A DNA stretch of 32,000 nucleotides, from NCBI GenBank assembly GCA_965217565.1, contig CBDCIS010000003.1, positions 550,876-582,875 of the forward strand, written 5' to 3'. The stretch comes from Dehalococcoidia bacterium. Lineage in GTDB: Bacteria > Chloroflexota > Dehalococcoidia > Lucifugimonadales > CATOSD01. This document shows, one piece after another, positions 18,820 to 27,640 of this stretch; the stretch's first letter is position 1, and every line of letters begins with the position of its first letter. The notes under the pieces were generated by a model. The model ran no database searches. It was given only the letters and a program-made list of their open reading frames with translations, and was not told the DNA's origin. Both the position numbers and the translations under genes were made by a program.

Positions 18820-19058
18820 GTATCAGTGCATGCGCTTTCAGGGAGGCGCAAAACGACAATCTATCTCCCGATGAGGTTTTGCTGAGTGCCATCAGGGGGG
18901 GAAATCATAGCAGACTATCCCGAAAGCAAATCTCTTCCGGCAAAGAGCCGGTCCACACAGTTTGGGGATACAATCGAGAGGAGCTTCGGGTGGTGCTGAT
19001 TACCGTATATCGCCCCGACCCGAGTCTTTGGATTGACTGGCGCATCAGGAGACGATGA
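18820..19058 (+). pseudogene. Decayed DUF4258-like toxin remnant
   Basis: Family-like segments (VHALSGRR / SPDEVLLSAIRG / GEIIADYPESK / VVLITVYRPDPSLW) lie in different frames. The frame switches fall near an A-run (18850-18853), a G7 run (18895-18901) and about 18940. Confidence 0.4.
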
Positions 19059-19062
19059 GACG

Positions 19063-19250
19063 ATGGCGATTGACCAGTGTCCGGTTTGCGGCGGGCAGTT
19101 GGTAGAGAGAGAGAAGTCGAGAATACGCAGAGCAATGGGGTTGAGTCTGCCACCGTAACTATCTCCGCCGATGTCTGCCTGCGTTGCGGAGAACAGCTAT
19201 ACACCTTGGGCGCGCCTCGAAAGGGTTCGCCGAGAACTCGCTGAGGGTAG
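19063..19250 (+). pseudogene. Decayed YgiT/MqsA-type zinc-finger antitoxin remnant
   Basis: First CxxC (19078-19089) and second CxxC (19176-19187) are in different frames. There is an in-frame TAA at 19156. A (GA)n run at 19102-19116 is the likely frameshift site. Confidence 0.4.
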
Positions 19251-19374
19251 TTGCTGCGGAATGGGCCACACAAGGTCAATCTTCCGCTTGCCGCATGGAA
19301 CAAAGCAAGCGCAGAGCGAGTTAGGGGACAGACAATCGCGGCCTAGGCCGTGGAGTGTGCGCAGCATCAATCTG

Positions 19375-19983
19375 ATGCCGAACGGCGCAGAGCAAGACCG
19401 CGCCGATTCTCGATTCGAGAAGATCGTAAACGCTCATCTGGGACACGAGGAGTCCCCTGAAGGGGACCTGGATTACGTTGATTATGCCTGCGCGCCCGAC
19501 GACAGCTTGGGCAGGCAGATTGAGGATCGCATCGTCGAACGCATCCTGAAAGAGTTTTCCGGCGATAAGCTGGACTACCTTGTGGCGAGCGTGCTGAGGG
19601 CTGTAAACGATGAAATGACGTGGCCCCTGCGCGTGCGCGACAGCGGAATCGACGTGCCGACCCGCAAAGGATTCATCGGTTTCGGAGAGCCGAGATTGAT
19701 GGTGCAGATCGAATCCGGCCCCGGACCAGTGGGCATCCCCGGCTACAACAGGTTTCTCGAAAACGTGCGCGCTAACCGCGAGGACCATGGGTTGATGGTC
19801 GGTCTTGGTGGCTTCACCAAGGCGGTCCGCGAGCAAAACCAACCGGCGTTCCATCAGTTCAGGTTGTGGGGGCCGGTTGAATTGGCGCAGGCGTTGCAGG
19901 ATACCTACGACAACCTGCCGCAGGACATTCGCGCTGCCGTTCCCCTGGAGAACCGAAAGGTGCTCGTGGAGTCGGAAGCCTGA
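19375..19983 (+). CDS. Mrr-like restriction endonuclease-fold protein (possibly inactive)
   Basis: DSGIDV...MVQIESG...GLGGFTKAV...FRLWGPVEL...YDNLPQDIRAAVPLE resembles the Mrr_cat family. The position that usually holds the catalytic Lys reads Glu. Confidence 0.6.
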   Translation: MPNGAEQDRADSRFEKIVNAHLGHEESPEGDLDYVDYACAPDDSLGRQIEDRIVERILKEFSGDKLDYLVASVLRAVNDEMTWPLRVRDSGIDVPTRKGFIGFGEPRLMVQIESGPGPVGIPGYNRFLENVRANREDHGLMVGLGGFTKAVREQNQPAFHQFRLWGPVELAQALQDTYDNLPQDIRAAVPLENRKVLVESEA

Positions 19984-20022
19984 GACGGTTAACGGTGCCC
20001 CTGCCCGCGACTACCGCCTATC

Positions 20023-20892
20023 CTACATGTCCCCCACCGCTTCCTTGAAGCGCCTTATGGCGTCTATGTGCGCGTCGGGCGACGATAGGCCCGCGTTCAT
20101 CGTGTTCACCGATATGTGCGTCGCGCCAAGCTCCTTCCAGCGGTTGACGGCCTGTACCCACTCGTCGGGGGAGCGGTCGCCTATGGAGACCCAGCTTTCA
20201 ATGCCTATGTCGGAGGGGTCCCGGCCGGCGGCCCTGGCCTGGGAGCGCATGTCCTCGATCAGCGCCTGCCCCTCGTCGTTGGGCGGGAACAGGGGGAACC
20301 AGCCATCGCCCGTCTCGGCGATTCTGCGTATCGTCTGGGGCGCCCGGCCGCCGAACCACACGGGGATGGGACGCTGCACGGGTAGCGGGTTCAGCCCCGC
20401 GTCCGTCACCTTGTGCCATCGCCCCTCGTAGGTAACCAGTTCCTCTGTCCACAGCCTCCGCATCAGCTCGATCTGCTCCTCAGAGCGCCGTCCCCGGTCA
20501 TGGAAGTTCTCGCCTAGAGCCTCGTACTCCACCGCGTTCCAGCCGACACCAATGCCGAGCCGCAGGCGTCCACCGCTGAGCACATCGACCGCCGCCGTCT
20601 GCTTGGCCACGAGCACCGTCTGCCTCTGCGGAAGGATTATGACGCCGGTCACAAGTTCGATGCGCTCCGTGACGCCGGCCAGGTATCCGAATAGCACGAA
20701 CGGCTCGTGGAACAGGTTGGTATGCTGGTACGCGCCGCTCCAGCCCGGGCGGCTGCCGGCGTTCGCTCCTATCACGTGGTCGAAGGCCAGCAAGTGGTCG
20801 TAGCCGAGCGCCTCGGCGGCCTGGGCATAGTCCCGCACCCCGGACGGGTCGGCGCCTATCTCTGTCTGAGGAAAAACCACTCCAACTTTCAT
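20023..20892 (-). CDS. LLM-class (luciferase-like) F420/flavin-dependent oxidoreductase
   Basis: MKVGVVFPQTE...AEALGYDHLLAFDHV pattern. AAGGAG RBS. Confidence 0.9.
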   Translation of the reverse strand: MKVGVVFPQTEIGADPSGVRDYAQAAEALGYDHLLAFDHVIGANAGSRPGWSGAYQHTNLFHEPFVLFGYLAGVTERIELVTGVIILPQRQTVLVAKQTAAVDVLSGGRLRLGIGVGWNAVEYEALGENFHDRGRRSEEQIELMRRLWTEELVTYEGRWHKVTDAGLNPLPVQRPIPVWFGGRAPQTIRRIAETGDGWFPLFPPNDEGQALIEDMRSQARAAGRDPSDIGIESWVSIGDRSPDEWVQAVNRWKELGATHISVNTMNAGLSSPDAHIDAIRRFKEAVGDM

Positions 20893-20970
20893 TCACAATC
20901 TCCTTTGTGTTATCACGCCTGGGTTGCGCTCGTTTGCGTGGTCGAGGCATGAGACGGCGCTCGTCCCCTG

Positions 20971-21022
20971 GGTTTTCGAGCGGCGAGCCGCTGTGACGGC
21001 CCCCGCTTTCGCGGGCAAGACG
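20971..21022 (+). repeat. Dispersed intergenic repeat, family B copy
   Basis: GGTTTTCGAGCGGCGAGCC...GCTTTCGCGGGCAAGACG parallels 27692-27711 and 27754-27770. Confidence 0.5.
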
Positions 21023-21131
21023 ATTCGCGGCAACGACTCTGGCATAGTGTACTATATACGCGGCAATTGTGGCTCGCGCCCATTGGCGGGACAGCCCTAC
21101 CAATAGCGGAGAAGCTGAAGAGCGCATAGAT

Positions 21132-22565
21132 ATGGCAAGATACGACCTCATACTGTCGGGAGGGAGAGTTCTCGACCCGGCCAACGGGTTGGACGGCGTT
21201 AGCGACGTTGGCCTGAAGAACGGGGGAATCGAGCGTGTCGCGCCTGAGCTCGATCCCAACCACGCGGACAGCCTCATAGACGTAAGCGGCAAGTGGGTGA
21301 TGCCGGGCCACATCGACACGCACGCGCACGTCGCCGGTCCCGCGACGGACTGGGACCCGGCGCTCGGCTACGCGATGATGGCGCGCGCCGGCGTCACCAC
21401 CGCGCTCGACATGGGCGGCACGGGGCTCAGCCTGATTGGCGGCATCAATCGCAGGGGGGCGGGCCTGAACGTTGCAGGGCTGCTCGCGCTGGTTCCCGGC
21501 TCGACCATCCCCGGCGGCGAGCCGACTCCCAGTACGCTCGCGGACGTGGTGTCCGACGCGCTCAGGCAGGGCTGCGTTGGCGTGAAGATTCTTGGCGGAT
21601 ACTATCCGTTCAGTCCGGAGACGACCTCGAACGTCATTAGGGCAGCCAACGAGCAGACGGCCTACGTCGCGTACCACGTTGGCACCAAGGCTACGGGCAG
21701 CCACTTGGAGGGCGTGCGCGAGATACCGGACCTGGTGGGCGGCGGACGCCTCCACGTGTGCCACGTCAACTCCTATTGCCGCGGCGTGATCGACGACCCG
21801 AACTCAGAGTGTGACGAGACGCTGTCGATTCTGGAGCGCATGAGGGGCCAACTGAACTCGGAGGCGTACCACGCCGTTCGCAACGGAACCAGCGGCTTGT
21901 GCGACGCGAACGGCGACGTGGTGGCCGATGTTCCGCGCAATTGCCTGCGGCTGCGCGGCTATGCGACGACCCGCGAGGGAATGAAGCAGGCGATTCTGGA
22001 CGGCTACGCATCGGTGTTGACTCAGGTGGGCGGCCAGATAGTCTATGTCAAGGGCAGGGAGGCGCTGAGGCTGTTCGAGGGGGGAAACACCAACGTGGGC
22101 ATGAGCTTTCCCGTGAACCTGCCGACCTCAGCGTTCCGGCTGACCACGGCGAAGAACGACGCGGACGAGTTCATCGTCGATGCCGTCAGCACGGATGGCG
22201 GCTCGCTGCCGCGCAACGTGGCGATTCGCACCACGATGGCGCTGGCGCAGTTCGGCGCGCTCACGCCGCTGGAGGCGGCCGCCAAGCTGTCGTGGACGCC
22301 CGCGCGAATGCTTGGGCTGACCAACAAGGGCCACTTCTCCGAGGGAGCGGACGCCGATGTTAGCGTTCTCGACCCCGAGGTCAACAGGCCGGTCATGGGA
22401 TTCGTGGCGGGCAGGCTCATCATGCTTCACGGGCATGTTGTCGGCTCTGGAGGCACGCTCCTTGTGATGCAGGAGGGCGAGAGAACCGCTAGGAACAGCG
22501 GACTGCCCTACCAGGTCATAGACCTATCCGAGAGCAAGCTCTACGCCGGCGTGTCCCCACCTTAA
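21132..22565 (+). CDS. Amidohydrolase-superfamily metallohydrolase
   Basis: DLILSGGRVLDP...GKWVMPGHIDTHAHV N-terminal signature and a C-terminal GADADVSVLD segment. Confidence 0.85.
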   Translation: MARYDLILSGGRVLDPANGLDGVSDVGLKNGGIERVAPELDPNHADSLIDVSGKWVMPGHIDTHAHVAGPATDWDPALGYAMMARAGVTTALDMGGTGLSLIGGINRRGAGLNVAGLLALVPGSTIPGGEPTPSTLADVVSDALRQGCVGVKILGGYYPFSPETTSNVIRAANEQTAYVAYHVGTKATGSHLEGVREIPDLVGGGRLHVCHVNSYCRGVIDDPNSECDETLSILERMRGQLNSEAYHAVRNGTSGLCDANGDVVADVPRNCLRLRGYATTREGMKQAILDGYASVLTQVGGQIVYVKGREALRLFEGGNTNVGMSFPVNLPTSAFRLTTAKNDADEFIVDAVSTDGGSLPRNVAIRTTMALAQFGALTPLEAAAKLSWTPARMLGLTNKGHFSEGADADVSVLDPEVNRPVMGFVAGRLIMLHGHVVGSGGTLLVMQEGERTARNSGLPYQVIDLSESKLYAGVSPP

Positions 22566-22584
22566 TACTCCCCTCTTGGAGAAG

Positions 22585-22879
22585 AGGTCTGCCCCTTCCC
22601 CCTTGATGGCTGACAGGGGTAGGTAAATGTTGTTTCGTAGCTACAGACCATAGCTGAGACATCGCAATTGCGGCCAACGTATGTCATTCCGGGTGAGCGT
22701 AGCGAACCGAGGAATCCCAAGTTCTTGTAATGCAGATGGCTCTGGATTGCCGAGCGGCTAGCCACTTCGTGGGTTCCTCGGCTACGCTCGGAATGACATG
22801 GGCTAAGCGTACTTGCAATTCGCATTTTACCTACCCCTGTGAGCCCTTTGATGGAAAAAGATTAGGATGGGGGTGAGAC
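22585..22879. repeat. Composite nested inverted-repeat element filling a convergent intergenic region
   Basis: Outer arms are about 22600-22627 and 22826-22855. Inner arms are 22681-22717 and 22771-22799. Family A motifs sit at both ends and a family B motif at 22744-22763. Confidence 0.7.
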
Positions 22880-22885
22880 GCCGCG

Positions 22886-23890
22886 CTATTTTATCCTCGG
22901 CACCACCTCGTTGGCCATCAGGTCCAACTGCCTCAGCACCTGCTCATGGGGCATTCCGGGCCACTGCATTCGGAAGAGGATGTAGTTGACGCCGAGCTCG
23001 CTTTCGTAACGCTGGATTTCCTGGACTATGTCGTCGGGAGAGCCGAGCAGGAACCTGTCGCGGGCGAGATCCTGGTAAGGAATAGTGAAGTCCTCCTCGC
23101 CCGGCAGCGCCTTGTCCTGCCCCCATGCGGCGTAGGCGGCGTACTTGCCCTCGAGGTACGGCTGGCTCTCGAGGAAGGCCGTCTCCCTGTCTTGGGCGAC
23201 GTACATCTCTCGAATCATCGGCAGCGCGTCGGGCATGGGCTGACCCGCCTCGTCGAGCGCGTCGCGGTACATCGCTATCTGCTGGGCTATCATGGACATG
23301 GTGGCATGGGGATTGATGAGCCAGGGATAGCCCCACCGAGCGGCGCGGCGAATGGCGTTGTCGTGGTTGGCGGCGACCCAGATTGGGGGATGAGGCTTGC
23401 GCACGGGCCGAGTCGTCGGGTTTGCCCTGGGCACGTGGTAGAAGCGGCCCTGGAACTCGACCTCGTCCTGCGTCCACAGCATCTTCATCACCTCCAGCGC
23501 CTCGGTCATGCGGCCCACCCGCTCGCCCGGCCTTACCCCAAAGGCGGCGTACTCCTCGTCGCGGTAGCCCAAACCGATGCCAAAGACGAACCGCCCGCCG
23601 CAGATGGCGTCCATCGTGGCGATGGTCTCTGCCATATCGACAGGGTTGTGCAATGGCAGCAGGATGACGCCGGCGGCAACCTCCATGTCGCCGGCCTCGG
23701 CGGCCATGCGCGCGAGGAAGGGCAGAGTGGCAGGCTGCTGGTATGGCGCGGAGAGATAGTGCTGCCCCGCTGCGACGATGTCGAAGCCCGCGTCGCGCGC
23801 CGCCCGCACCTGCGCCGCGCTCTCCGCCAACTGTTCCGGCATGGAGCCGCCAGCGGCCGTCTGCGTATTGAGAAAGAGTCCAATCTTCAA
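22886..23890 (-). CDS. LLM-class flavin-dependent oxidoreductase
   Basis: 334 aa. TTG start with AAGGAG 6 nt upstream. Typical luciferase-like TIM-barrel sequence pattern. Confidence 0.9.
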   Translation of the reverse strand: MKIGLFLNTQTAAGGSMPEQLAESAAQVRAARDAGFDIVAAGQHYLSAPYQQPATLPFLARMAAEAGDMEVAAGVILLPLHNPVDMAETIATMDAICGGRFVFGIGLGYRDEEYAAFGVRPGERVGRMTEALEVMKMLWTQDEVEFQGRFYHVPRANPTTRPVRKPHPPIWVAANHDNAIRRAARWGYPWLINPHATMSMIAQQIAMYRDALDEAGQPMPDALPMIREMYVAQDRETAFLESQPYLEGKYAAYAAWGQDKALPGEEDFTIPYQDLARDRFLLGSPDDIVQEIQRYESELGVNYILFRMQWPGMPHEQVLRQLDLMANEVVPRIK

Positions 23891-23976
23891 AGGAGTCTCC
23901 TTACCGGGGATGAGCTACTCCAAAACGAGTGGAGAAGGAAGGCGGCAGTTGGGCTAGACTGGGAGTCGTTGGCGCG

Positions 23977-24540
23977 CTAGATGAGACTGGCTCCTCGGAG
24001 AGCATCATATGCGTCTTCTATCGTGTCTGCGCTGAACTTAGGCTTCACCTTGCCTACGGTGCTCAGAGCCTCGTCCTTGGACATGTTGCCATTCGGCCCC
24101 GCCAAAAGGTGGACAGTGGCGTAGAGTTCAAGAATATGGGTTTGGAGACCTGCGAGAATGTCAATGACATCATCGACGAATTCCACATCGGCATCTGTAT
24201 CCTTCTCCATTTCGTAGTCCTGAAACCACGTGTTCTCCCTAACCTGGCCAGGTGTCACATGAAAGCCAAAGCCATTGGGATCGGGCTTGATTTCGACGTA
24301 GCCAAGGGCTTCGGAGAGCGAGAGGGTATTGTCGAGATCGTTCGAATATGGGCCAAAGTAGTGCATCCTAAAACGGTAGTTTAAGGGAATGCCAACTGCT
24401 TCTTGCAGGAAGTATGAAATCTTCTGGACCTTGGTTTTGCCTATGTCACCGTGACTGTCGACAGCCCGGTCGACTATCTTTTGGATGAAGGCCAACCTTC
24501 TAACGTCCATCTCAAAGTTGTTCATAGCGTTACCTTCCAT
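23977..24540 (-). CDS. YwgA-like / DUF4065 (Panacea)-like protein
   Basis: KTKVQKISYFLQ...FRMHYFGPYSNDLD resembles the KLQK..Y...F..YGPYS.EL core of YwgA/DUF4065 proteins, recalled from memory. Starts 4 nt downstream of the HD gene. Start may be 24540 or 24525. Confidence 0.55.
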   Translation of the reverse strand: MEGNAMNNFEMDVRRLAFIQKIVDRAVDSHGDIGKTKVQKISYFLQEAVGIPLNYRFRMHYFGPYSNDLDNTLSLSEALGYVEIKPDPNGFGFHVTPGQVRENTWFQDYEMEKDTDADVEFVDDVIDILAGLQTHILELYATVHLLAGPNGNMSKDEALSTVGKVKPKFSADTIEDAYDALRGASLI

Positions 24541-24544
24541 AAAT

Positions 24545-25855
24545 CTATGCCATTATCTGTCGACAAAAGTCTCTGATCTCCTTCTCCAGTGCATCATCAT
24601 GACGGACATCCGCATATACTCTGCATTGCAAAACCTTATCGAGACTCCCTAAAGCTCTGGAAAGATTGGTTAGCGACGCCCAACGGCCATCCCGTCGCCT
24701 AACTGGCCAATTTTCATCACCCATTCTGAATCGCTCTGGATGGTCTGTTGCTCTGTCTTTCCAAGTCTGCACATGGGGATATTTCTGTTTCAATCCTTCA
24801 GGCAGATTCCTCATTGCATTATCTGCCTCAATCTGGTCGGGATGGTCACCAGTCTCATACACTGGCTTGGGATGTTGACGAGAGGCCAGTCTCCAAGCAG
24901 TGTTTCTAGCTTGTTCATCAATACGCGGGTGCAACTCAGCCAAGACTCTCCAATCGTTCCACTCGACGAATTCTGTCACCTTCTCAGGGTATCGTCCTGT
25001 CCCACAGTCTTGTCTGAGAAGTTCACCAATGAAGTCTGTCAACAGCAGATCGTATGCCCGTCGTACCGGGTGAAAGTAAACTTGGGTGAACATGAAATAC
25101 CTGGCCAGGATAAATCCTTCTATTGCGTTGATGCCGCCATGTCCAATGCCCAGTTTGAGAGTGCCATCTGGATGTTGGTCAAAGAGAGCTATCGTATCCA
25201 ATATCCTGTCCAAGTCGTACGAGCCGTACCGAACGCCACAATAAAGGGAGTCCCGAAGCAAGTAGTCCATCTTATCTACATCCCATACACTGTCAATGAG
25301 GTCTGGAACGAAGCCCACCTCGTACAACCCTCGTTTACCAAGGATCTGAGCGACTCGCTCAGCAGTCACATCCCACTCGGCACGTTGGCTATCAATTGTG
25401 CTAACAATGCCCAAATCCTCTGACAGCAGAATCTCCACGCTGTAATCCTCGTGCCGCCTTCTATCGGGGAATAGGGCATCCTCACCAGTATGCGAAAAGG
25501 GCGCGTGGCCGATGTCGTGCAGCAGTCCAGCCAAGCGGGCCTCCAGTACGATCTGATCGACTTTCGACTCAAACTCCTTCTCAGACCACCCTTGGCGCTC
25601 CTTTAGTAGCCCTCTGTGATTGGGATGTCTAAGCAACTTCCCGGCGAATCGCCCTGCGAGGTGCATCACTCCGAGGGAGTGACCGAATCGTGAATGTTCC
25701 GCGCCATGATATACATTTGAAGTCAGACCGAGTTGACGTATGCCACGCAAACGCTGGAAGGCAAGTGTATCTATTATCTCCTTCTCCCAGTCGAAAACGC
25801 CGATGTAGCCATGCACCGGATCCCTGAAGGTCTCAGTTGTTTCAGGCAGGGGCAT
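24545..25855 (-). CDS. SAMHD1-like HD-domain phosphohydrolase (COG1078; YwfO/EF1143-type putative dNTP triphosphohydrolase)
   Basis: FRDPVHGYI, QRLRGIRQLG, RFGHSLGV, LLHDIGHAPFSH and DKMDYLLRDS motifs in the canonical order. Confidence 0.9.
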   Translation of the reverse strand: MPLPETTETFRDPVHGYIGVFDWEKEIIDTLAFQRLRGIRQLGLTSNVYHGAEHSRFGHSLGVMHLAGRFAGKLLRHPNHRGLLKERQGWSEKEFESKVDQIVLEARLAGLLHDIGHAPFSHTGEDALFPDRRRHEDYSVEILLSEDLGIVSTIDSQRAEWDVTAERVAQILGKRGLYEVGFVPDLIDSVWDVDKMDYLLRDSLYCGVRYGSYDLDRILDTIALFDQHPDGTLKLGIGHGGINAIEGFILARYFMFTQVYFHPVRRAYDLLLTDFIGELLRQDCGTGRYPEKVTEFVEWNDWRVLAELHPRIDEQARNTAWRLASRQHPKPVYETGDHPDQIEADNAMRNLPEGLKQKYPHVQTWKDRATDHPERFRMGDENWPVRRRDGRWASLTNLSRALGSLDKVLQCRVYADVRHDDALEKEIRDFCRQIMA

Positions 25856-25954
25856 AGCAACTCAGTAATGGCACAAATGTTCGCTGCGTAAGAGTATAGC
25901 ACTAATCAATGGGATATTTCTACCTTTTCTCGCTGCAAACCGCAACCCCCGCGC

Positions 25955-27610
25955 CTAAAACGGCCGGTACCGGTTCGCGATGGGCATCCGGCGGTCCCGA
26001 CCGAAGTTGCGGGGGGTGATCTTGATGCCGGGTGGCGCTTGGCGGCGTTTGTACTCGTTGCGGTCCGCGAGGGTTATGGCGCGTCTTACGTCGGACTCGG
26101 CAAAGCCCATCTCGACGATCTCGTCGTAGCTGCTATCGTCTTCCACGTATGCCTTCAGGATGGGGTCCAGCACCTCGTAGCGCGGCAGGCTGTCCGCATC
26201 CTTCTGGTCGGGGCGCAGCTCAGCGCTGGGCGGCTTTTCGATTACGCTGCGGGGGATGGCGGGCGAATCGCCCAGCGTGTTGCGGTACTCGCACAGCTTA
26301 TACACCAGCACCTTCGGCACGTCCTTGATGACCGCGAAGCCGCCTGCCATGTCGCCGTAAATGGTGGCGTAGCCCGTTGCCATCTCGCTCTTGTTGCCCG
26401 TCGTCAGCACCAGCCAGCCGAACTTGTTGGACAGCGCCATGATGAGGTTGCCGCGAATGCGCGACTGGATGTTCTCCTCCGCGACCCCCCACTCCGTACC
26501 TTCGAAGCGCGGCGCCAGCGTGTTCAGGTAGGCGTCGAAAGACTCCTCGATTGGCAGCGTCCACAGTTCGATTCCAAGGTTCTGGGTGAGTGCCCTGGCG
26601 TCGAGCACGCTGCCCTCGGAAGAAAAGCGGGACGGCATAGCAACGCACACCACGTTCTCGCTGCCCAGCGCATCGACCGCCACAGCCGTCACCAGGCTCG
26701 AGTCTATGCCGCCGGAGAGCGCGACCAGCGCCTTGCCAAAGCCGCACTTGCGAACGTAGTCGCGCGTGCCCAGTACCAGCGCGGCATAGACCTCGCCCAC
26801 GTCGTCTAGCCTCGTTCGCTCCCGTGGCGGGATGGCCGGCCTGGCGGGGCGCGTCGTGTCGTCGGACGCCGTTTCGAGCTCGAGATCGACGACCACCAGG
26901 TCTTCCTCGAACTGGCTGCCCTGGATGACCATCTCCCCGTTTGGCCCGAACACCATGCTCGCGCCGTCGAAGACCAGCTCGTCCTGCCCCCCGACGAGGT
27001 TCACGTAGGCGAGGTGGACGCCGTGCCTAGACGCCAGCCCCGACACCAGGTTCTCGCGGTATTGCAGCTTCTCCGCGTGGTACGGGGAGCCGTTGATGGT
27101 CACTATGAGCCGCCCGCCCGCCCGGCTCTGCGCCACAATCGCGTCGTCATCCTCCTCGAACCAGATGTCCTCGCATACGTTGACGCCCACCGACACGCCG
27201 CCGACGTCGTATGTGGGGCAGTCCGAGCCGGGGATGAAGTAGCGCGCTTCGTCGAACACGCCGTAGTTGGGGAGACGCTTCTTGTGGTAGATGCCGGCGA
27301 GAGCGCCGTTGCTGGCGACGGCGGCGGCGTTACGCAGCCCCTCGTCATTGTCCACGAAGCCGAACACGGTGGTTATGTCCGTCGAGGCGGCGGCTATCTC
27401 CCGCGTCCGTTCGAGGTTGTCCCGGACGAACTGCGAGCGGAACACCAGGTCCTCCGGCGGGTAGCCCGTTACCGCAAGCTCCGGGAAGGCGACGAGGTCC
27501 GCGCCGAGGGCGCGCGCCCTTCCGACGTACTCGACTATCTTCTGCGTGTTGCCTTCCAGATCGCCGACGGTCGTGTTGATCTGGGCCATCGCAAGTCTGA
27601 ACGTGCGCAT
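25955..27610 (-). CDS. nadE: Glutamine-dependent NAD+ synthetase
   Basis: N-terminal CN-hydrolase domain (FPELAVTGY, KKRLPNYGVFDE, VNVCEDIW) plus C-terminal LSGGIDSS PP-loop. ATG at 27610 with GGAGGGG upstream. Confidence 0.95.
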   Translation of the reverse strand: MRTFRLAMAQINTTVGDLEGNTQKIVEYVGRARALGADLVAFPELAVTGYPPEDLVFRSQFVRDNLERTREIAAASTDITTVFGFVDNDEGLRNAAAVASNGALAGIYHKKRLPNYGVFDEARYFIPGSDCPTYDVGGVSVGVNVCEDIWFEEDDDAIVAQSRAGGRLIVTINGSPYHAEKLQYRENLVSGLASRHGVHLAYVNLVGGQDELVFDGASMVFGPNGEMVIQGSQFEEDLVVVDLELETASDDTTRPARPAIPPRERTRLDDVGEVYAALVLGTRDYVRKCGFGKALVALSGGIDSSLVTAVAVDALGSENVVCVAMPSRFSSEGSVLDARALTQNLGIELWTLPIEESFDAYLNTLAPRFEGTEWGVAEENIQSRIRGNLIMALSNKFGWLVLTTGNKSEMATGYATIYGDMAGGFAVIKDVPKVLVYKLCEYRNTLGDSPAIPRSVIEKPPSAELRPDQKDADSLPRYEVLDPILKAYVEDDSSYDEIVEMGFAESDVRRAITLADRNEYKRRQAPPGIKITPRNFGRDRRMPIANRYRPF

Positions 27611-27640
27611 TGCCCCTCCGGGCGGGTGAACCACTAAGTG

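Noticed and set aside
22946-23980. 344-aa plus-strand ORF opposite the LLM oxidoreductase
   Set aside because: It is a shadow frame. The minus-strand LLM gene has an RBS and family-typical sequence.
25893-25922. Possible minus-strand promoter TAGAAA-18-TATACT upstream of the HD gene
   Set aside because: The -10 is good, but the -35 is weak and the spacer is 18 nt. That is too speculative to list as a feature.
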